From NCBI RefSeq assembly GCF_001194135.2, contig NC_068984.1, positions 11,800,266 through 11,864,265 on the forward strand: DNA of 64,000 nucleotides. Direction: 5' to 3'. A program made the translations under genes and the position numbers. Below, piece by piece: positions 52,741 through 64,000 of this stretch. The notes below the pieces were generated by a model, which had not been told where the DNA came from, ran no database searches, and saw only the letters and a list, made by a program, of their open reading frames with translations. Origin of the DNA: Octopus bimaculoides (lineage: Eukaryota). Position 1 is the first letter of the stretch. Each line of letters opens with the position of its first letter.

Positions 52741-55700
52741 CCATTCACGGGAGAAAATTTCTTGCTGTAGACAAATGTGTGCAGCAAGAAATTTTCTCCA
52801 TGACAAAAGGCAGAGAATGACTTGTTTACAAATTCGAACCTGCCACTGGCATATTCAAACTGGCAATGACATTACATTTATGCACATCACTGCTTAGCAC
52901 CCCCACCTCATAAAAATAGTTGTGATTGAGCAAAGGAGGGTATGTGTAGACACAAGTTGAGTGGTCAGAGTATTGGGTTTAAGCAATTTAAACTATCCCA
53001 TGCTTTGACCCAGATGTTGTTGGCTACTTGAATATACTTTAAACAAATGAAATACCAGTAATAATCATTATCGCTGGTGTCATTTTACATTAACTTTCCA
53101 TACTGGTATGGATTGGGTGGGTTATATCCAAGACATCTTTTTACTGGCAGTTGCTGTTTCTAAAGACTGTTGCTCCTATATGTGTTATCCAGCTTGGTTT
53201 CTGCAGATGGATGTTCTTCCCATTGCCAAAGTGTACTGGGTACATTTTCTCATGACACTAATACCAGAGTACTCAGCCACCTAAGATGTGTAAGACCAAG
53301 GAGGGAAATAGGAAAGGGAGCAATGACTGCTGAAAGGCCAGAGATTAGTGGTTGAGAGGTGAGGATAGGAGAGTAAATGTCCGGGGTAAGACTTAAAACT
53401 GCATCCGGTAGTTAGACTTCAAACCCAGGCTACAACTTCTCCAATAATTGGTGGTGACTTGGTCAGCAGGTCATCTGCGACAATTGACAATCAACAGCAA
53501 AATGAGCTGCCATGGATCGCATTATCCCCAAAGTGTGTGTGCGTGTGACTGGGGACCACATATGAACTTTTATTTCCACTGAAACCCCAAACATGAACAA
53601 CAAATGACAACTACGGCTATGGTGTCTGCACTGTCAGTTGTGCTTGCTCCCCCAGTCAGGCATTTGTAAAATTTTCAAGCTGGATTTTTGGGCGACAGGC
53701 AGAAGCATTATTTTACCTGCTGGTATATTAGGGCTGACCTTCAGATGTGGTCAGCGTTTATGAGGGACAAGATGAACTCGTTGGTCAGAACCAGCTCAAC
53801 CCACCTCAGGTGAACGCTGCCACAAATACAAATTGTGAATGTAGAGAGTATCTCAGGATGGGTAAAGAGGATGGAAAGAACAAGGGTATGATGGGGGAAA
53901 GGTAAGATTATTTGGAGGGTGGACTTGGTAGAAGACTGATTTGCAAAAGCAGAAGTGAACAAAAATAAGGGTAGGTGATGGGTGGCAATAGAGGTGGCCC
54001 AGAGTGGAGAGTGCTGGCTGGGAATATAGCAGGGTAAAGTTAGTGTATTTGCATAAGAGGAGAGTAAGAGTGGTCCAATGCAGCCTCTTATTTGGTGGGG
54101 TCAGAGTGAAGTAAAGTGAGTGGTGCAGTTTGCATAGTTGGTGGAGAAATGAGGGATGGAGGGCTACGGAATGATAAGGAGACAGGAGTTGGGAAGAGGA
54201 AAAGGGAGCAATAGGTATCTGAGAAGGAGTGAGGGGGAAGCAAGGTAAGATTGGCAACTTTGTGTGTGTGTACATATATGGGTTCCAAACACAAGCCTTG
54301 TGTCATGGTTGGACAGGTCTTTTGTAGCACTGTATATCACCCATTATTAGGATCCACAGTCATCTCCTCCCTACTGAGTTTGGGTAGCTAGCAGAATTGT
54401 TAGAGCATCCGAAAAAAAGCTCTGTACATTTTGAGTTCAAATCCTACTAAGGTCAACTTTGCCTGTCATCCTTTTGAGGCCAATGAAATAGTACCAGTTA
54501 GTTAAGTACTGGGATCAATTTAAACAACTTACCCCTTTTGACAAAAACTGCTGGCTAAGCTGACATAATCATTAGAACACCGGGCGAAATGCTTAGCAAA
54601 ATTTTGTCCATCTTCACATTCTGAGTTCAAATTCTGCAGAGGTTGACTTTGCCTTTCAACCTTTTGAGGGTCAATAAAATAAGTACCAGCTGAGTACTGG
54701 GGGTCGATGTAATCGACTAGTCCCCTTCTCCAAATTTCAGACCTTGTGCCTATAGTAGAAAGGATTATCCAGTCGTTTCATTGCTGACATTTGCTTCCTC
54801 AGCTATTTGCGTTTTTAATGCTCTCTGATGAATTTGAAGCCAGACTCAGTACATCTATTGACTGTTTATTTTTTTGTTTTTGTTTTTTTGTTTAAGAGTT
54901 TGTTTTAATGGTTTTAATATTTATTGCCTTTCTATTAGAAAGGGAATGAATTAAACCTCTGCATGGCAAGGTGGGGTTGGGTGGAGGGGTAGCTTTTTTC
55001 TTTTTCATTCAAACTGGTGGCTTCTAAATTTTGGCAAAAAAAAATATTTTTGTAATACCAGCCCTGCCACTATTGTATATAAATAACTACCTTGACAGGA
55101 AATGTTTTTTTTTTGTGTCTTTTTGTTTTTTTAAACCAAAGAGTGTAACTTGAACAGACACTGATATTGTACAAGGAGAAAACATGTCAGTGAAAATTAA
55201 TTAATTTTATTGCCTAATAAATATGCAGATAATATGGAAGTCATTAACAAGATTGGTAGACTATTGGTGTGGAATTGTTTAGAAGTTCAGAGATGGCAGC
55301 AATAAGTGATCCAGAAATAGAGTGAGTAGGCACTAGTTTCGAGTGTGGTAGTGACATCCTTATTGTTTCATGTGGCTGTGGTATTGTTTCATGTGGTAAG
55401 AAGTTTGCTTCCCAACCACATGGCTCTCAGCTCAGTCCCACTGCGTAGCACCTCGAGCAATTGACTTTTAATATAGCCTCAGGTTGACCAAAGCTTTGTG
55501 AGTAGATTTAGTAGATGGAAACTGAAGGAAGCCCATCTTGTATATGTGTGTGTGTCTTTGTTTCTGTTTGTTCCCCGGCCACCACTTGGCAAATGGTGTT
55601 GGCGTGTTTACATCCCTATAACTTAACAGTTCAACAAAAGAGGCCAATAAAACAGGTACCAGACTTTAAAAAATGTACCGAGGTCATTCAGTCGACTAAA

Positions 55701-56193
55701 AATTCTTCAAAGTGATGCCCCATCATGTTAAATGATGATGATTGTAGAAATATAAACAACAAAATCTTACACAGACCCCCAACTTCCCCCAAGGGCCATA
55801 TAGACCCCATTTGAGAACAACTGTTGTTGAGGAAATACATTGATGCTTACATTATGCAAGCATGAGTGCAGATTCTAAAAGAAACTAAAAAAAGGATTAT
55901 TTTCAAACATAGCACTTCTATTGTTTTTTTTTTATATAAGCTAGCACAGTGAAAATATAATGTTTTATTTCCTACTTGTGTCTTACAGAAAGCCAGGATT
56001 TAGTCAACAGTTATGTAACAAGAGATTCAATGTTAATTGTTGTGTTTACCATTTAAGATCAGCCCCCTTTATGTAATGCTAATTTTTAACTGCAGTTTGA
56101 AAAGTTTTGTTTTTTTTAATTTTCTTGTCAGTTTTTTTCTCTTTCCTATGTTTTTTAAATAGAAATTTAACTCATCTTTCTTTAATTTTCCAG

Positions 56194-56279
56194 TAATTTT
56201 GCTACATGCCTCTCTGAGAATGAGAAGTATAAAGAACAAATTGGCAAACAAGATGGAATATACAAGAGTTTATTATTAA
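56194..56279 (+). CDS. PRAF3: PRAF3-like coding exon 3, truncated as assembled
   Basis: Polypyrimidine tract and TTTTCCAG| acceptor; the phase matches exon 2 (T+TA = Leu). It encodes (L)ILLHASLRMRSIKNKLANKME, the conserved HASLR.R..KNKL.NK.E motif. It then reads YTRVYY-stop from repeat-derived sequence. The expected G(L)KRTPMG C-terminus is absent; the spliced ORF is 161 aa. Confidence 0.85.
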
Positions 56280-56328
56280 TCATGACAATTGTTTCGAGAC
56301 ATCTAGCACCACCTGATGAGATACATCT

Positions 56329-57034
56329 NNNNNNNNNNNNNNNNNNNNNNNNNNNNNNNNNNNNNNNNNNNNNNNNNNNNNNNNNNNNNNNNNNNNNNNN
56401 NNNNNNNNNNNNNNNNNNNNNNNNNNNNNNNNNNNNNNNNNNNNNNNNNNNNNNNNNNNNNNNNNNNNNNNNNNNNNNNNNNNNNNNNNNNNNNNNNNNN
56501 NNNNNNNNNNNNNNNNNNNNNNNNNNNNNNNNNNNNNNNNNNNNNNNNNNNNNNNNNNNNNNNNNNNNNNNNNNNNNNNNNNNNNNNNNNNNNNNNNNNN
56601 NNNNNNNNNNNNNNNNNNNNNNNNNNNNNNNNNNNNNNNNNNNNNNNNNNNNNNNNNNNNNNNNNNNNNNNNNNNNNNNNNNNNNNNNNNNNNNNNNNNN
56701 NNNNNNNNNNNNNNNNNNNNNNNNNNNNNNNNNNNNNNNNNNNNNNNNNNNNNNNNNNNNNNNNNNNNNNNNNNNNNNNNNNNNNNNNNNNNNNNNNNNN
56801 NNNNNNNNNNNNNNNNNNNNNNNNNNNNNNNNNNNNNNNNNNNNNNNNNNNNNNNNNNNNNNNNNNNNNNNNNNNNNNNNNNNNNNNNNNNNNNNNNNNN
56901 NNNNNNNNNNNNNNNNNNNNNNNNNNNNNNNNNNNNNNNNNNNNNNNNNNNNNNNNNNNNNNNNNNNNNNNNNNNNNNNNNNNNNNNNNNNNNNNNNNNN
57001 NNNNNNNNNNNNNNNNNNNNNNNNNNNNNNNNNN
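56329..57034. other. Assembly gap (706 N); other gaps at 7328-7406, 11669-11678, 22090-22099, 23294-23438, 25533-25588, 30887-31100, 39824-40418
   Basis: Runs of N. Confidence 0.99.
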
Positions 57035-57087
<53 letters not shown>

Positions 57088-57091
<4 letters not shown>

Positions 57092-57312
57092 AATGAAAGA
57101 CAGAAGATGGAATATACAAGAGTTTATTATTAATCATGACAATTGTTTCGAGACATCTAGCACCACCTGATGAGATACATCTGCACTGCTGGATGCTCCT
57201 GAATCAGTTGTTGGGTGTCCCACCCATGAGGGATCAATGCTAGATGTGTCAAAGCAATTGTTGTGATTAATAATAAGTTCTTGTATATTCCATCTTCCGT
57301 GTTTCATTTGCC
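57088..57312. mobile_element. Foldback element (~75-bp arms, 75-bp spacer) in (TA)n with a degenerate hammerhead; Penelope-like
   Basis: 57088-57162 is the reverse complement of 57238-57312. The + strand reads CAC-CTGATGA-GATACATCTGCA...TGCTAGATGTGTC-AAAGC-AATT-GTT-GTG. The inverted arm retains GAAAC-AATT-GTC. Confidence 0.8.
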
Positions 57313-57608
57313 ATATACATAACGATCATTCTGAAAGTGACCATGCTTTACCAGTAAGCTACCAGGTATAAACCATTCGTTTTATTATCCATTATATATA
57401 TATACACACACACCATGTAGTTGTACCTGTTATACAGGCTGTAACAGCTGTGCTCAAGGTTTCCACAAATAAGCCCATTCACTGTAAAATCTGTATGCTG
57501 GTATATTGTACCACTCTTATGTTGTGAGATATATTTGTATGTGAACATAGGGATATGGCCACATACAACAAATGCATAGTACTTCTGTAGACATCCACAG
57601 ACACTCAC

Positions 57609-57648
<40 letters not shown>

Positions 57649-58636
57649 GCACACTCCTATAGAAACAGCCTCATTCATCACCCTATATAAACATCTGTAT
57701 ATCAAAATGAGGGTACACCCCTATATAAACAGCTATACATTGACATTCAGGTACACTTCTATATAGACATATCTGTAAAGCAACATCCTGACATATCCGT
57801 GCATTATTAACATATATATATGAAGTGGATCTGCCTTCGGTTTCAACGCTGAGTACTTCAGTTGATCATCCAACTGAGCTACAGGTAACCAACTGGCTGA
57901 GTGTTCCACAGACAAATGTACTCTTATTGTAATCCTTTGGAAGAATCAGCATGACATGATAATGTGTGACAAGGCTGGTCCCTTTGAATTACAAGTATAG
58001 TCCATCCGATGAGCTTCCACACAGTTTCCATCTGCCCAGTTTCACTCACAAGGCTTGGGTCAGCCATAGGTTAAGGTAAAAGACACTGGCCCAAGATGCC
58101 ATATGATGAGATTGAACCTGGAGGCCTCACGATTGCAAAGCAAACTTTTTAACTACTTGGCTATGCCTGTGCCTATAATTTTTTTTTTTTTCTTACACAT
58201 GCACATACATTTACACACATGTAAACACACTCCTACGACACAAACCTGTAGACATTCCCCTCCACAGATGCATTTGCACTTGTTTATACACATACACACA
58301 TACACTTTGCAGACACAGACACACACATATACAATACGTATGGTATTGATCTATTTTCAATTATCTTGTTCATCCTTTCTGTTTCTTGAACCTGAAATAG
58401 GTATTCTCTCTTTGTATTCTGTTTCCACCAATGTTGATGATGCTGATTCTCTTACGCTAAATGTAGTCAATGGGTGTTTTGTTTTTTTTTTTCTCTTCTA
58501 AATCTGAAAAAGTGAATATAGCAGAAGTTTAGACATAAACAGACCTGCCCTCCCCTTTTTTTTCCAATTCTATTTTTCTGCTAGTTTTTCTTGTTCAGTT
58601 CTTCAGTGAGATCATTGGTTTCCAAAGATCTCTTTT

Positions 58637-58685
<49 letters not shown>

Positions 58686-60243
58686 ATTCATATTGAATTA
58701 TAATTTCCTTTCATTAAGTGTTGACACTGATTGAGTTTGCAATTATGTTAACTTAACCCTTTTGATACCAAATGCGCCCAAAACTGTTTCTGGTTTTATA
58801 ATACAAATTTCCTGTTTTAAAGTGATTTAAATTAAAACCTTCCATCAAAATTTCATGTTTATTTATCTTACAAAACACTTGCTTGATAATGGCAAAGTTA
58901 TTTTACTAAATTCTTCATTACTTTCAAAATTGATTGAAACGAAAGTCAGTGTATTTCAACAAGAATATGGTAACAAAAGGGTTGATGCATCTACCTATGA
59001 TCATGATGGTAACGCTAATACTTTTAAGAACAGCTACTTTATGTTAGCTGGTGTTTATATGGGGGTCAGTGAACTTTTACCAAAAACTGACCAGTGAAAA
59101 CTTTTTCTTTTTTTTTTCATTTACTTTTTTTTTTTTTTTTTTTATTTGGCTGCGAACACAAAAATGACTGCTGCTAATGTTAAAATCATGAAGAAAAGCA
59201 ATTTAGGTACACCGTTTACAAAGACTATGGGAGATTTTGAACTATTATTTTCTATTCTACCCTTATTGTTAGTCTTTTCGTTCCTAAACTCATCTATAAT
59301 TGATCTTCAGAATTTTTCTGGTTTATAAATTTTCTCTCTGAATCTATTTTTGCTGATATTGTTTGTTTCATTTATTTGTATTGTTTAACCGATTCCCAGA
59401 AGGTCCAGCTTCAGTTGATTTTTTTTTGATTTTCTCCTTTTTTTTGTAATTATTTTGTCTTGTTTTTATCCCCATTTCATTTCTTTTTCTTTTTTTCCTT
59501 TTTTTTTTTTTTGAATAGGTTTAAATGATACAAAATATTTGAATTCTTCCAAAATCATCATTCAAAAGTCCTCTATTTTTTTGGTTTTCATTGTCTGTGT
59601 TTACATATTTTTCCTGTTTTTTTTTTTTCTTCCTTACAGACGCCTGTTTTATACACAAGTCTTTTCTTCTTCAAAACATTACCCATATCAGTGATGTTCA
59701 GCTGAAATAAACTAAAGATTTACACAGATTTATTTTCTTTCCTTATTTATTTTTTAAGAATTTTATTTATTTATTGCATGCCAAAACTGACCAGTTGCTC
59801 TTCACATTCTTCTGTCAAAAGATCCTAACACAATACTTATGATATTGTTTTCTGTACACTGTCCTCAGTTCTTTCAAATTCTGTTTTGCTTTTTGGTGGG
59901 TTAAGGGATCTCAGGCCAGTACCATGTAAAAAGCACCCAGTACACTCTGTATAGTGGTTCACATTTAGGAAGGGCATCCAGCCATAGAAACTATGCCAAA
60001 ACAGAGAAATAAAGCCTGGTACAGCCCTCTGGCTTGCCAGCTCCTGTCAAACTGTCAACCCATGCCAGCATGGAAAATGGATGTTAAATTATGATGATGA
60101 TGATGTGTTGGAGAGGGACAATTACGATAATAATTTTAAAAATTCATAAAAATGTCTAATTCTCTGAATGAAATTCAAAGAAATATCTAAGCATTGTAAT
60201 ATCCAAAAACAAGAACAAAAATAAACTTAAATAATGCAATGTT

Positions 60244-60716
60244 TTAACCCTTTCATTACCAACCTGGCTGAAACCGGTTCCAGCTCTGTAGTACAAATGT
60301 TTTGTTTTCATAAGTTCTGAATTAAAATCATCCACGAAATCTTAGTTATCATTAAGTTAGTGTTAGGAATATAACTTGTGACTAAGTTATTTTTACTAAA
60401 TTCTTTGTTATATTTAAAATTAATTGAAAGAAACACAGAGCATCTCAACAGAAATATGGTAACAAAAGGATTAACAAATGATTAATTTAACCCTTTTGAT
60501 GCCAACCCAAATGAAACCAGCTCTGGCTCTATAGCACAAATGGCTTGTTTTCAAAAGTTTTGAATTAAAATCTTCCACCAAACCTTAGTCACAATTTATG
60601 TTCCTAACACTGTCTTAATGATAACTAAATTATTTTACTAAATTCTTTGTTATATTTAAAATTAATTGAAAGAAACACAGAGCATCTCAAATGAAATACG
60701 GTAATGAAAGGGTTAA
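60244..60716 (-). mobile_element. Tandem dimer of piggyBac-type MITE (60244-60474 and 60487-60716)
   Basis: TTAA/CCCT and AGGG/TTAA termini. The spacer is the reverse complement of the 19.5-kb dimer spacer. Confidence 0.8.
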
Positions 60717-61204
60717 AGAAGACCAAAGTATCACCACCCTTGTTGTTTTAATATCCACTTTTCCTTGCTTGCTTGTATTGGACAAAGCTTTTATTGAGGC
60801 AGATTTTCTAGTGCCGGATGTCCTTGTCACCAACTCTCACCTGATTCCAAGTAAGGTAATATTTCCCTATTGCCAAATATGTTATCACAGAATATTGGAA
60901 ATGAACGATGACACTGCTTGTTTAAGTCACACTCATTTACAACTATCATGCAATATCACAACAAGGAGACTCAAGCACACATGCATGCACATGCACACAC
61001 ACATACAGCAGCAAAGATTGTTGGCCAACAGAATGTATGTAGAGTGGTTACTTGGTACATACATGATCATGAATGGTATTCTTAAACTGAAGAAAGAGTT
61101 GTGTTGTTGAAATTTGTATATTCATTTTCTTTCACTGATAATGATAAGGGAAAATGTTATTCCAACGCTTTCCATGAATGAGAGACCAGTTTGTGTGGAA
61201 GTTA

Positions 61205-61600
61205 ATTTATTTAGTTATTTATTTAGCAGGAAGGAATTTCAACCATGTTTCGTGGTCTGCTACCACAACAGCTCCTTTATAGGATCCAGTTAGCTCAAGA
61301 CATCATCAGGAGGAACCACATCCGGTTTCGGCCCCTACTCCTCTACCGTTTTGACATGGCGGGGCCCCCCCTTTCGGAGGTTCTTCAGCTCTGGTGTTGA
61401 GTGCATGTCTTCTTTCTTCTGTTCCCTGGCCTCTTCCATGCAGCACCAACGAGTGTCAGCGGCCGACTGACTGTCTTGTCAAATTTCCCTTTAAATACCT
61501 GCTGCTAGGCTCCAGCAGGCAGCCCCAGCAAGTTGTCATGTGACACTGTCTAAACATCAGCCAATCACTGACTTGATCTGAAGGGAAAGAAAACGTGGGT
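61205..61600 (-). mobile_element. GC/CpG-rich retroelement terminal region (HERO-like 3' UTR or Penelope-like pLTR)
   Basis: The - strand shows ATTGG, GTCACATGAC and TATTTAAA, then structured segments with CUGAAGA, GAAAC, CUGAUGA and GAAAC, ending in AATAAA-like repeats. It shares a structural motif with the HERO UTR at 22.5 kb. Confidence 0.45.
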
Positions 61601-62636
61601 TACCTTATTTAACTGATTTTGTTGCTAATTACTTTATACTCTACAGCACAAATTGTTGGGGAATTTGGTAAAGATGGCTGTTTTATTTCTTTACAATTTA
61701 TAGCTAAATTTGGAAACATCATCTCCATCACCGTATATCAGTGGTTTTCAACTGAAGGCGATATGACTCCTGGGGTGGGGGGAAGATCTATGAGAAAATG
61801 TTACTTTGGATGTGTCTATTACAAGAAACCACCAAGTTTGTTTTCTCTAATGTTTTGCATACTTCAGCTTACAGAATGCATGAAAAATAAAATATGAATT
61901 TTGAAAAAAGTATCCATAAAACTAGTTTTCAAACGTTGAATGGTTTTGGGGGTCTACCATAACAGAATAGTAATCAATGGGGTCCATGGGGGGAAATGGT
62001 CGAGGATCATTGCTATGTGTTTTCAAGGAACTGCTTTAAGCTAAAGAATAAGCTATTAAAAGAAAAAACTGTTTACGTCCCTGTAACTTAGCGGTTTGGT
62101 AAAAGAGACTGCTAAGATGGAATAAGTACTAGGCTTAGAAAGAACAAGTCCTGGGGTCGATTTGTTCGACTAAAGGCAGTGCTCCAGCATGGCTGCAGTC
62201 AAATGACTGAAACAAATGAAAGAATAAAAGAATTTAATATAGAACTATAATATCCCAGCTTAAAAATGTGTATCTCAGTTACATCTAAGAAATACAGAGC
62301 ATCTTTTTAAGTCTGCATTCTGGTTTGGGGTATTCTTTGTTACACCATTCAAGTTATAAGTCTTAAAATGATGCCAAAAGTCTAAGATGATCAGACTTAC
62401 TATTTCTTAAAAATGCTTCACTGAATAGAAACAATTTCAATTCAACTAATTTGCTTATTTTTCAAAGAAGTTTACATTTTATCATTTTTCTAACATTGTT
62501 AATGTTGATTTAAATTAAGCTGAAAATTTCTCTTGATTCTACAAATATTACAATATATACATATATACTTCTATCCTTGTTTATCAAAGAGGTTTGGTTA
62601 AAAAAAAAAAAGAGAGAGAAAAAGCTGATAAATGAA

Positions 62637-62828
62637 TCATCTCCATGTACTTTGTAAATGGAACAAAATGATAGATTCTTTGATACCAAAATCATGGCCC
62701 ACAGCCACAAAGCCTCTACCATCATCTATTTTCTTGATCATCTTTACTTTTTCCAGTGGAAAACACACTCATCTGCATCATTTGTTGGGGTCAGGCACCT
62801 CCATATTTTTTCTGTTCACTGGTGACAT
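62637..62828 (-). pseudogene. pogo/Tigger (CENP-B-like) transposase N-terminal HTH fragment
   Basis: Translates MSPVNRKNMEVPDPNK*CR*VCFPLEKVKMIKKIDDGRGFVAVGHDFGIKESIILF, matching the CENP-B N-terminal pattern L.EKV.II..I..G....AVG..FGI.ES.I, with two in-frame stops. Confidence 0.7.
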
Positions 62829-63626
62829 GTTGAGTACAAATACATAAATCCATTTATAAAATATGCAAATGAGCGATAATCAGTGCATTCTGTGATAAGC
62901 ATAACATGGTTCACAATTGAGCGTACTGTTTTATCCTGGGTCAGTGATAAACAAAGCTACGTATATTTGACTATCTTGGAATTTTATGAGTGTATATAAA
63001 TATATAAATATAAATTTACAGCAATAAGATAGTGGAAAAACTGAGCTATGATATTTTTTCGTTTTTGTCAAGTGGTTCATGCTGTGTTCATTTTTTTTCT
63101 TTTATCTGAATTTGTATCTCAATTTAACCCTTTCGATATCAATCTGCTTGAGACCACCTGCAGTTCTGTAATACAAAATATCTCGTTTTACAGGATTCGT
63201 ATTTAAAAAAAAAACCTTCCGTCGTAATTTTATGCAAGAATCTTTTGTTATATCCCTAACACCAACTTAATAATGGAAAGGTTAAAAATCCCTCCAGATC
63301 CTTCATTATATGAATTGGTTTTTAATTAAAATGTATAAATTAAAATTTTGTTCATATTGAATAAATATAAAAGGAGTAGAATGTTAGATATTTTTAAAAT
63401 AATTTCACTAATGTGTGTGTTTGTGCGTGTGTGTGTGTGTGTGTGTGTGTGGTAATAAATGCATAATTATAGTTATGTTATTATTGTATGCTTTGGCCTG
63501 TATTTATATATAAAATGAAATAAAAAGCTTGAGCTTGAAGCAGCTGGCGTTTGCATGTGTTGTACACAAAAGTTTTTAAATGCAAGACCGTAACGATAAG
63601 CATTTTCTTCAAACTTTCATTTCATA

Positions 63627-63789
63627 CCGTAAATCCTCGAGTATAGTCTGGCCTTGAGTATAATACGCAGGGGATTTTTAGGGGGCTGTACCTCTGAAAA
63701 ACCTAAACCTTGTGTATAATACGCACCCCTTCTCTAACTTGAGTCAAGGAGCTCTATATAACGTCCTTGGTTTGTAAACGTACATACGG
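63627..63789 (+). mobile_element. pogo/Tigger-like terminal inverted repeat region
   Basis: TA|CCGTAAATCCTCGAGTATA with subterminal GTATAATACGCA repeats at about 63658 and 63714. A possible short right end ACGG|TA lies at 63789. Confidence 0.5.
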
Positions 63790-64000
63790 TAACGTCCTTT
63801 ATTATTATTGTATATATAACATAATGCAAATGTGTAGCTTTTTTGTGCACTTTGTTTGCAGAAAATAAAGAAATAACAGTAATAACATCAGTGAAAAATA
63901 AATATAGCTTAAGGTATTTTTGCACCCGACATCACAAAATGCTTCTGAATAAACATTGCTGGACAGCAAATAGAGACTCGGACATTGCTTAGAAAATGTT

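Noticed and set aside
58360-58503. - strand exon-like segment (LEEKKK...ERIPISGSRNRKDEQDN)
   Set aside because: All frames from the acceptor hit a stop within 15 codons unless a homopolymer frameshift is assumed, and no family was recognised.

Overview
This is AT-rich, microsatellite- and transposon-dense animal genomic DNA with eight N-gaps. The repeat content points to a coleoid cephalopod, most likely Octopus; that is inferred from the repeats, not from a database search. One host gene is recognisable: a three-exon PRA1-family gene (PRAF3/ARL6IP5/JWA-like) on the + strand, with exons at 2110-2291, 44303-44520 and 56194-56279 and introns of 42.0 kb and 11.7 kb. As assembled, exon 3 is truncated: it runs through a short microhomology into a repeat that is duplicated across a gap. 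The introns hold tRNA/CORE-type SINEs, 5'-truncated RTE-LINE tails, a HERO-like RLE-LINE fragment, a LINE end with two C2H2 zinc fingers, and piggyBac-, hAT- and pogo-type DNA transposon derivatives. There are two main observations. (1) Four sequence-unrelated foldback elements (10.3, 15.7, 27.0 and 57.1 kb) each carry a minimal type I hammerhead-ribozyme motif with a palindromic stem-loop III, as in Penelope-like elements. The only copy with a fully canonical core is antisense to the host gene. (2) Two otherwise dissimilar elements (22.5 and 61.3 kb) share a covarying RNA structure (hairpin-stem-GAAA-16 nt-CUGAUGA). No rRNA, tRNA gene or CRISPR array was found. Repeat boundaries were read by eye and are approximate unless termini or TSDs are quoted.
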